From Bacteroidales bacterium (lineage in GTDB: Bacteria > Bacteroidota > Bacteroidia > Bacteroidales > UBA12077), in contig JAQIBH010000040.1 in the NCBI GenBank assembly GCA_027859205.1, positions 1,825 through 65,824 on the forward strand: a stretch of 64,000 nucleotides of DNA, in the 5' to 3' direction. Shown here one piece after another: positions 9,487 to 18,357 of the stretch. The number at the start of each line of letters is the position of its first letter. Positions within the stretch are counted from its first letter, which is position 1. The notes beneath the pieces were generated by a model, which was given only the letters and a program-made list of their open reading frames with translations, was not told where the DNA came from and searched no databases. Position numbers and translations under genes: made by a program.

Positions 9487-9829
9487 CCTTGATCAGTTAC
9501 TCGCCAAAAATGGCTCGTGAGATCGTTCTCCCGATATTCATCGGGATCACTAAGTTGGTTCTTTTTGTATTAACTAAGCGAAGCGATCTCACGAACACAA
9601 AGTGTGAGTAACCAAAAAGAATGAAAGAACGGCGGTAGGAAAACATGTGTTAAGAAACCATTTGAATTATATAGATCCCGAATGACTTCGTATCGAGATT
9701 AATTATTCCCGTTGGTCATGAGAACGCTACGCTAAGTACAACCAAATTCGTTAGTCACTAAAACTTCCAAACAAATGGTTTCATTAACTTATGTTGTGCG
9801 TTAGCAAAGAATTTTTATTGCGGGTTGGA

Positions 9830-9871
9830 GGGCAAATATCCAGTGGATATTTGAGCCAGCTTGTGGGAAGG
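9830..9871 (+). repeat. H1 hairpin element, copy 4
   Basis: GGGCAAATATCC-AGT-GGATATTTGAGCCAGCTTGTGGGAAGG. Confidence 0.8.
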
Positions 9872-10007
9872 AAATAAATTATTGGAATGCGTTAGCCAGC
9901 GTTGGGCAACGACGAAGTCCTCACGAACACAATTTTTTATAATTAATCCGTGAGTAATTGTTTTTGAAAATTTATTTAGTAATATTTCACTCAAAAGAAA
10001 TTGTAAA

Positions 10008-10050
10008 GGGCAAACATTCAGTGAATGTTTGAGCCAGCATGTGCGAAAGA
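10008..10050 (+). repeat. H1 hairpin element, copy 5
   Basis: GGGCAAACATTC-AGT-GAATGTTTGAGCCAGCATGTGCGAAAG. Confidence 0.8.
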
Positions 10051-10083
10051 AAGGCTGGCAAAGCGGCTATTTAAAATAATGAC

Positions 10084-10175
10084 TAACTGCGAAGCTCTCA
10101 CGAACACATATAAAATTTACAATAGTGAGTAACTGCGAAGCTCTCACGAACACACATAAAATATACAATAGTGAG
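10084..10175 (+). repeat. Tandem duplication (2 x 46 nt) of an H4-type element
   Basis: TAACTGCGAAGCTCTCACGAACACATATAAAATTTACAATAGTGAG is followed immediately by TAACTGCGAAGCTCTCACGAACACACATAAAATATACAATAGTGAG. The 19.4-kb copy reads ...AATGACTA|ATTATAGG... with neither unit. Confidence 0.85.
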
Positions 10176-10387
10176 TAATTATAGGACTAAGCTTAGGAAG
10201 TTTAATTATCGTACGAATAAGTCCCTTAGAATCGCATATTAGAACCATTTCTGTACAATTACCCGAATAAAGTAAACTCGAAGCGAACTATTTACCCGTA
10301 GGGCGAATCCCGATAGCTATCGGAAGGAGACATAGTATAAATTATAGGTACAAATTCGGATCAGGGTTGGCGCAAATTGTTTTAACA

Positions 10388-10430
10388 GGGCAAACAGTTA
10401 GTAACTGTTTGAGCCAGCTTGTGGGAAGGC
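10388..10430 (+). repeat. H1 hairpin element, copy 6
   Basis: Identical to copy 1 except for one base in the 3' tail (GGGAAGGC vs GGGAAGAC). Confidence 0.8.
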
Positions 10431-10965
10431 ATCGATCACGAACATACTTCGACAAGCTCAGTATGACAGTCCGAGATCTTATTTTATATAAAATACTGCG
10501 TATACACAATGCAAAAGTTATCGTTGTGATAGTCCGCAAATTCCTTAACATAATTTCAATACCGATATCGGACAAAAGTCAACGATATCTGAAATTATGT
10601 TAAATACTGCGTATTACAGAATTTGCTAGCATTTGTCCTATAATGTTTGCGTTATGTTAACATAGCTTCGCTCAATAATTAATTACTTTTTTTAGGGTAA
10701 GAAAATAGAAATTCTACTTCCTCGCACTATCCAAGCGAAACACTTTTTTTACGCAATGAAATGAAGTGAAATGGGTGTGGAGTGAATTCTTAGCTAAAAC
10801 ACATTTTGTTTACTTTTAGATTTGCATTTTGAAACATATTTATTACTTTTAATTAATGTTTTTATAAACAGGGAGATATAATGTATGGAACAATGTTCCA
10901 CCTATCCACTAGTTAGGTTTCATGCAAAAAAAACTCCCGAATCATATTTATTCATTTTGTATTTT

Positions 10966-11604
10966 TTAAACTTCTTTATACAAAATCCAACCAAAAACTA
11001 ATGTCAGTATCAGAACATATATGACCAGTACATAAACCCACTTCCCTCCAAATTTTGGGGTATTGATTGATGATAAATTAAATACAGACAGAATCATTAA
11101 GATGACATAAAGAAGTATTGAAAAAGTAAAATGCGTGAAGAAACTTTCGAATAAAAAGACAAAAGCCAGAATCAATACATTATTATCAAGGGCAAGACCT
11201 TTATACGTTTTACTGTCAATAAGACCATGAACATTAAAATAGCTCAGGCGAATGGCACTGGTAGCAATAATTACAAATGCTCCGGGTATATACAAAACAT
11301 TATAATTTCCGTAGCTTAAAAGTATAATTGCAGGTAATATACCAAAGCTTACAATATCTATCAATGAGTCGAGCTGAGCTCCAAATACACCTTGTACTTC
11401 TGTTCTGTTTTTCATTTTTCGTGCTATTATTCCATCGTACCAATCAAATAATACTGCCCATAATACGCCAATTATAGCTGCAGGAAAGTTTCCACCTATG
11501 GCGAAATATATCCCCAATACTGCACTCAATAATCCAAGTAGAGAACAAATGTTTGGTAAATCCTTAGCATAAGTAAGCATGCTTGCTTGTTGTTTGTTGC
11601 TCAT
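10966..11604 (-). CDS. CDP-alcohol phosphatidyltransferase family protein, 212 aa, polytopic membrane protein
   Basis: DWYDGIIARKMKNRTEVQGVFGAQLDSLIDIVS fits the family signature D-x2-D-G-x2-A-R...G-x3-D-x3-D. The rest of the protein is hydrophobic helices. Confidence 0.85.
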   Translation of the reverse strand: MSNKQQASMLTYAKDLPNICSLLGLLSAVLGIYFAIGGNFPAAIIGVLWAVLFDWYDGIIARKMKNRTEVQGVFGAQLDSLIDIVSFGILPAIILLSYGNYNVLYIPGAFVIIATSAIRLSYFNVHGLIDSKTYKGLALDNNVLILAFVFLFESFFTHFTFSILLYVILMILSVFNLSSINTPKFGGKWVYVLVIYVLILTLVFGWILYKEV

Positions 11605-11605
11605 G

Positions 11606-12715
11606 TTATATGTTTTTTGAATACATTACATCCTTTAGCGCTTCAAGGAGCTTTGTGTTTTCCTCATTGGTTCTGCTTGCAATTCGAATATATCGGTCGG
11701 CATCAGGTTGCATTTTACCTGCAGTGTCTTTTATATAAATATTGTACTCAATAAATAAGCGTTTAGTTAGCTCAGGTCCGCTTAGAGCATTATCAGGTAA
11801 GCGACAATAAATATAGTTTGCATCAGGTTTAAAAACCGTCATTCCCTCGATACTACAAAGCATTTTATAGAAAGCATCTCTATCTGTTTTTACCTTTTCG
11901 CAGCTGTCTTCAAATTCCTGTTTATACTGGGGTAAAATTCGCAGAAACTCTTCTGCAAAACCATTAATATTCCATATATGAATACCGTTTCGAACTACTG
12001 CCGCAAATTCTAAGTTTGCCGTTAACATATATCCAATTCTGAGTCCGCATATGCCATAAGCTTTACTCATGCTTTTAAGAATAGCCATGTTCGGATATTT
12101 GTCAATATCTTGTTCCATACATATTTGTTCCTTATTATCGGCAAAATCAAGAAAAGATTCATCAATGATAAGCATGATATTGTGTTTGTCGAGCTTTTGT
12201 GCCAAGCTTATTAAGTCGGCTTTTGGAACCAATATTGATGTTGGATTATTGGGAGTAACCACTACAGCCATATCGGCTCCAACTTTTATTGCCTCGTCAG
12301 CAAATTTATCAACATCGAGCTGAAAAGATGGGAAATCCAACGGAAATTCTATGGCATGACCTTCCGGTGCAGCATTAGCATATTCATTAAATGAGGGTAC
12401 CGGAACAATTATCTTTTTGGCTAAATGTCCTGAAAGAATTTTAATAATTTCAGCAGCACCATTTCCAACAATTATTCTATCGGTTGGTTGCTTTATTATG
12501 TCCCCAATCAATTCGGCCAGTGCATCTTGCGCCATTGGGTAATTCAATACTAAATTATGAATATTGTCTTTTAGGTGTGTAAACACTGCTTTTGGAGGAA
12601 AATAAAGATTATATAAGTAAGCATGGTCAGTAAAATTATGTCGGTAATAACCGCCATGTTGTTTTGATAGGTATTCGTATTTCTCAGCTTGTGTTTTGTA
12701 TTTATTTTCCATCAT
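11606..12715 (-). CDS. PLP-dependent class I/II aminotransferase-fold enzyme (HisC / CobD threonine-phosphate-decarboxylase-like)
   Basis: IVGNGAAEIIKIL, VVTPNNPT, IIDESFLDF and SMSKAYGICGLRIGY (PLP-lysine context) appear in the canonical order. A 1-nt gap separates it from the downstream gene. Confidence 0.8.
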   Translation of the reverse strand: MMENKYKTQAEKYEYLSKQHGGYYRHNFTDHAYLYNLYFPPKAVFTHLKDNIHNLVLNYPMAQDALAELIGDIIKQPTDRIIVGNGAAEIIKILSGHLAKKIIVPVPSFNEYANAAPEGHAIEFPLDFPSFQLDVDKFADEAIKVGADMAVVVTPNNPTSILVPKADLISLAQKLDKHNIMLIIDESFLDFADNKEQICMEQDIDKYPNMAILKSMSKAYGICGLRIGYMLTANLEFAAVVRNGIHIWNINGFAEEFLRILPQYKQEFEDSCEKVKTDRDAFYKMLCSIEGMTVFKPDANYIYCRLPDNALSGPELTKRLFIEYNIYIKDTAGKMQPDADRYIRIASRTNEENTKLLEALKDVMYSKNI

Positions 12716-12800
12716 GTGTTTATTTCTGCCTTTTCATTATTTATTGATTTATAAAAATAAATATTGATTCTTGATACTTAGCTTCTTAATTCTATATAAT

Positions 12801-13598
12801 CTAAGCACTTGCCTTTTCAAGCTTAACATGTTTTTTCCTTTCCATAGGGAAAAGTTTTTCAGCTTCAGCTAAATCATGAATTGTATCAATTTCGTACCAT
12901 GGTTTATGATCAAAAGAAACCGATTCAAGTGTTAAGCTTTTATTATCAATCATATCAGAAAAAACGGTTTCGTAATAGCAGTTAACATTACCTTCTGAGA
13001 TATATTGATTGAGGCTCTTAATAATTGCCCGCCAAGATGATATCGAAAAACTGTAAATATTAACTGTTTTATATCGAATATCAGAGTAGGAATCTGTTGT
13101 TCCTTTTTGAAACTGAGTAACCTGATTCATTTTATTAACCGAAACAGTTGTTCCATTTAGCCAAGGTTGCATTAGAGCAACAGCTATTCTATCAGGGTAA
13201 ATCATTTCGTCAAGCAAGGATGTGTTTAAGACCAAATCGCTTTCAAATAGCACAAAAGGCTCATTAATAATATTACGAGCTATCCAAAGTGAATAAATGT
13301 TATTAGTGGTTCTGTACAACGGACTATGAATGTATTCAATGCTTATATCTCCTAATCTATTGCCAAGATAATCCATAATACAGTCTTTTTCATAACCGGT
13401 AACAATTACAAGACGTTTAAATCCTTGCTTTTTTAAGTTATTTACTAGTCTTTCAAGAATTGATTTTTCATTGACGAGGGTAAGGCATTTTGGAGAGCTC
13501 TTCGTTAAAGGGAAAAGACGACTACCTGTTCCAGCAGCAAGAAGTAATGCTGTGGTAATACGATTGTCACCATAATAATTGTCTGAATTAATATTCAT
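12801..13598 (-). CDS. Nucleotidyltransferase (LicC / phospho-alcohol cytidylyltransferase-like)
   Basis: LLLAAGTGSRLFPLTKSSPKCL (G-x-G-x-R-L NTP-binding loop), NNIYSLW and a C-terminal WYEIDTIHDL resemble LicC-type cytidylyltransferases. Confidence 0.75.
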   Translation of the reverse strand: MNINSDNYYGDNRITTALLLAAGTGSRLFPLTKSSPKCLTLVNEKSILERLVNNLKKQGFKRLVIVTGYEKDCIMDYLGNRLGDISIEYIHSPLYRTTNNIYSLWIARNIINEPFVLFESDLVLNTSLLDEMIYPDRIAVALMQPWLNGTTVSVNKMNQVTQFQKGTTDSYSDIRYKTVNIYSFSISSWRAIIKSLNQYISEGNVNCYYETVFSDMIDNKSLTLESVSFDHKPWYEIDTIHDLAEAEKLFPMERKKHVKLEKASA

Positions 13599-14337
13599 AC
13601 GTTATTTAATTGGTGTCATCAAAAAAGACTTAAACACTCGACTAAAAGCACCTAGGTGTACTAATTTTTAGCACTCTGATGGCTGGACTGGTCACTGATA
13701 ACTCAACTATAAGTATGAAGTCTGCTAATGTGATGATAGATTGCTTTGAAAGCTCATCAACAAAATTGATAGTGAATGATTGATATCATAAGATATGTAA
13801 TCCGTATGCGAAGGTACTCTAAATATCGATAATTACCAATACTTGCTATTCTTCTTATTTTGTGTGACTTAACGAATAGTACAAACAGATAGCAAAAGCC
13901 TACATTTAATGGCATACAGATTAATAATTCGAAAAGCAAAGCACGAAAACCTAACAATGCATCATAAAACATAAGGGTTCTCATGCGTTTTTAAAGGTTT
14001 ATGCAAGAAATTAACTCCGCCAAATCTGTGATTTGACGGGTAAATATAAAATGCTAAATTTGTGTCTAATCGCATATTTGGCTCAGGGTAATTTTGACAA
14101 GTAAACTTTTCAAAATCCCTTACAGTTTCATATGCTCACCGTTAGGTGCAGGCTAGGAGAGATGAAACGTAGTGCTTAATTAATGGTATTTTTGATTTGC
14201 CGACCCGCAAAGAAAAGAAATGCCAACACACAGGCTGAAATTTCAGCTTGTAAAAGAGCCAAGTTTCCGCCATCTCATATCAAAATACAGAAGCTAAAAT
14301 TGTATATTGCGGAGTTGAAAAATGAGAATTATATTAA

Positions 14338-17300
14338 ATGATAGATAAAAATAATTTCAAAGACCTTCTAGTAAATCTTGGATTTTCAATTAAGGGAGAC
14401 ACATATACTAAGAAATTTAAAGAAACGGATGCTTATCTAAAAGTTGACTTCAAAGCTGAAAAGCTCATTTATCCAGAAGACAAAGGTTTTACAATAAACG
14501 AAAAGCAAACATGCAATTTTAAACAAAAGGAAAATTTTGTTGTCTTTGAATGTGTCCACAGACTTTTTGAAAAACAATATAAACCTGAACATATTGAACT
14601 TGAACCAAAATGGAAAGTTGGGCATGGTGCCAGTGGAGGACGTGCGGATATCATGGTAAAAGACAATTCAGGTAAATCACTACTTATTATTGAGTGTAAA
14701 ACAGAAGGGAAGGAATTTAATGATGCATGGAAGAAAACACTAATAAATGGAGGGCAATTGCTTTCTTATGCAAAGCAAGCAGGAAGCACACAATTTGTTT
14801 GCTTGTATGCTTCTGATTATTTGGACAACAAAGTTCTAGCTGATTATCGTCTTATTACACTAAAAGACAATGAAAAACTACTAACAGAGCTAGTAGACAA
14901 AAACCTCTTTCGTTTGATAAAGCAAAAGGCTTAGATGTTGAAGATATTTTCAAAGCGTGGAAAAAAACCTACAGTCAAGATTACGCTACTAAAGGGGTTT
15001 TCGAGAAAGATATTCCAGCTTATGAAATTGGGAAAACGAAATATACTCTAAAGGATTTAAACACAATCAGCAGCAACCATATTCAGGGGAAATACCATGA
15101 ATTTGCCACCATATTAAGACAACACAATGTTTCTGGTCGAGAAAATGCTTTTGATAAACTAGTCAACTTATTTCTATGTAAAATAGTAGACGAAACCAAT
15201 AACCCTGAAGAACTTAAATTCTATTGGAAAGGAATCGCCTATGATGATCAATTCAGTTTAATTGACAGACTTCAAAAACTGTATCAAGATGGTATGCAGC
15301 GTTTTCTGGGAGAAGATGTGGTATATATCAGTGCAGACCAAATAGATAAAGCCTTTGATTTTTTCAAGAACGATCCAGATGCCACAAAAGATACCATTAA
15401 AAAGTATTTCAAAGAATTAAAATTTTTCAACAACAATGATTTTGGATTTATTGATGTCCATAATGAAAAACTGTTCTATCAAAACACAGCTATACTTCTA
15501 AAAATAGTACAAATGCTTCAAGACATTAAATTAAAGTCTGAAGCTGATTCAATAGAAGAGCACCAGTTTTTAGGGGATATGTTCGAAGGTTTCTTAGATC
15601 AAGGAGTGAAACAATCTGAAGGACAGTTTTTCACACCTATGCCAATTGTAAAATTCATTTTAAAATCATTGCCTCTAGATTCCATAATTACTAAAGGTGA
15701 TGAAATCCCTAAGGTGATTGATTTTGCTTGTGGTGCAGGGCATTTCTTAAATGAATATGCTAAAGAAATTAAACCTATAGTTGAAAAAGAGAAGGAAGCG
15801 AAAATTACCGACTTCTATGAAAATATTTTTGGAGTTGAAAAGGAATACCGTTTGTCTAAAGTGGCTAAAGTATCCTCTTTTATGTACGGTCAGGACGATA
15901 TAAACATTGTTTATTCAGATGCCTTGTCTTCTGGTAAAGCTATGGACGACAAAAATATCAAAGACAATAGCTTTTCTGTTTTAGTTGCAAATCCCCCGTA
16001 CAGTGTTAAGGGGTTTTTAGAAACGCTAACTGATATAGAAAGAAAAAAATATGAACTCATTGATACGGTTGAAGAAAAGAGTTATCCAAACAATAATAGT
16101 ATTGAAACCTTCTTTATTGAACGTGCAAAGCAATTACTAAAATCTGGAGGAGTTGCTGCTATTATAGTTCCTACATCAATTCTGACCAAAGGAAAGGCAA
16201 AAAGCACCTCTACGTCCACTAATATTTATGTGGCGACTCGTGAAATCTTGTTAAAATATTTTGACATTGTAGCAATTGCAGAATTTGGTAGTGGGACATT
16301 TGGCAAAACAGGAACAAATACCGTAACACTTTTCATTAGGCGTAAAAAAGAAAACCCTGCTCCAGCAGACCATTTCAAGAATCGGATAAATGCTTGGTTC
16401 AAATATGATAGATCGAAAGACGAATTATTTGAAGATGAGCATTTAATAAAGCAATATTGTAATCATTTGGAATTAGAGTTTAAAGACTATCAAACACTTT
16501 TAGAAGGAAAGCCGAATAAAGCACTATTAGATACAGATGTTTTTAAGGATTATCAAAAAGAATTTGATAAATGGTCGGAAATTAAAAACCTTAAAAAGAA
16601 AACAACCTTTAAGGCTTTAGGTGCAGACAAAAAGGAAGCTGAAATTAAGAAACGCTTTATTGCTTATCTCACTGAAAATGAAAAAGAGAAACTCTATTAT
16701 TTTGTAATAGCTAGTCAGAACCCTCAAAAAGTATTGATTGTTAGGAGTCCATCTAAAACTACTCAAATGAAAGAATTTCTGGGTTACGAGTGGAGTGCTG
16801 CTAAAGGAAATGAGGGGATTAAATATTTGGGTGGTGTTAAACTTGACAAATTAGAGGGCGAGGATGAAGACGAAGGAAATGTGGCATTAGAAGAAGAAGA
16901 TAAGCGTGTGTTGAGTAATATTTTCAATTTGGACAATATCAATACACCTCTTTACGACCCTCATTACAAAAACAATACTGATAAAATCAACCATCTGATT
17001 AATCAGAACTTTAAAGGAAAAAACATTGATATTCCAGAAGAATTAAAAGAACATGTTACACTCTCTAGGCTATCTGATATGTTGGACTTTACTAAAGTTG
17101 ATTTCAACAAATATCTCTCCCTTACTCCAAAATCAACTTTAGCTTTTGAAACTAAATGGGACACTAAAAAACTATCAGATATTGCTCTTGTAAATCCATC
17201 TAAAACAGAAATGAAGAAACTAAATGAAAGTACCAAAGTGTCTTTTGTAGAGATGGCTTCTGTTAGTGATGAGGGATATATCGCAGAAAAAGAAGATAAA

Positions 17301-18323
17301 AAATATCAAGAAATAAAGAAAGGTAGCTACACCTATTTTGCTGAAAACGATATCATTCTTGCCAAGATAACACCTTGCATGGAAAACGGAAAGTGTGCAA
17401 TTGCAACAGATTTAACAAATAAAATTGGTTTTGGTAGTTCAGAGTTTCATGTAATTAGGGTTGGTTCTGAAATATTGAATAGATATTTGTTTGAATTGCT
17501 TAACCAAGAAGAAGTTAGGTTGGTTGCAGAAAAGAATATGACTGGGTCAAGTGGGCATAGACGAGTTCCCAAAGAATTTTATGAGTCTCTAAAAATTCCA
17601 TTTCTACCAATTGAAATTCAGACCGAATTAGTTAATGAATGTAATACGATTAATAAAGAAGCTGAAAAGGCTAAGAAAGTTTTAAATGTTTCAGAAGAAG
17701 AAATAGAAGCTTTATTCCAAAGAGCATTTTCTAAGGCTGATAAAACCTTTAGAATAAATAACACAGATGTGTTCGAGCTATCGATTGGAAAAAGGGTTCT
17801 AAAAAATGAAATCAATCAGGAAGGAATTGGAATTCCTGTTTTTAGTGCTAATGTCTTTGAACCTTTTGGCCACATCAACAAAGAGCTAATTAAAGATTTC
17901 AATCGACCATCCGTACTCTGGGGAATTGATGGAGATTGGATGGTAAATTGCTTGCCTAAAAACATTCCGTTTTATCCAACAGACCATTGTGGAGTTCTCA
18001 GAATTAAAGGAGACACTATTCATCCCAAATATGTAGCTTGGGTATTAGAAAAAGAAGGAGAACGTGTTAGGTTTTCTAGAACAAATCGTGCTTCTATGGA
18101 TAGCATGAGAGGAATAAATGTAAAAGCTCCTTCGCAGGACATACAGATCAAACTCATTAAAGAGGTTGAGAAAAGGGAAAAGAAAATCAACGCATCACAG
18201 GAAATCATTAATGGAATAGCCAAACGAAAAGAAGAAGTGATTAAGTCCTATTTAATGGATAAAGCTTCATCGCCAAAAATAGTTAGGGCAGCAGAACCAA
18301 AAGTAGATTACAAAAAGAAATAA
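14338..18323 (+). pseudogene. Fused R-M-S restriction-modification enzyme (Type IIB/IIG-like: PD-(D/E)xK nuclease + gamma-class N6-adenine methyltransferase + two target-recognition domains), interrupted by a frameshift near 14899-14934
   Basis: ORF 14338..14934 carries GGRADIMVKDNSGKSLLIIECK (D...ExK). Frame 3 is open from 14874 and encodes clearly coding sequence (DVEDIFKAWKKTY...KYHEFATILRQHNVSGRENAFDKLVNLFLCKIVDE) upstream of the first ATG at 15294. Methyltransferase motifs are VIDFACGAGHFL and VLVANPPYSVKGF. Two HsdS-like TRDs lie in the C-terminal ~400 aa. Confidence 0.75.
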
Positions 18324-18357
18324 TGACTCCAGCCACAATGAAGAAGATAAGTAGTTC

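Larger units (their letters stand above)
9210..10790 (+). repeat. Non-coding scaffold copy R4 (longest copy, ~1.6 kb, no credible ORF)
   Basis: Collinear with 18825-19754 from ACATTATGTTAAATAGAAAG onward and extended by the segment shared with R3 (10640-10785). It contains many extra hairpin-sized blocks that are absent from the 18.8-19.75 kb copy. Confidence 0.9.

Noticed and set aside
880-10430. Possibility that the H1 hairpins form a CRISPR array
   Set aside because: Spacing between copies is irregular (about 170 to 390 nt, and 8.4 kb to copy 1). The repeat stems differ between copies, the intervening sequence is itself repeated elsewhere, and no cas genes are present.
13757-13984. 75-aa minus-strand ORF in the lipid-operon / R-M intergenic region
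   Set aside because: No recognisable motif or ribosome-binding context, an odd composition, and a location within a likely promoter/leader region. It is kept only as a note in the corresponding finding.
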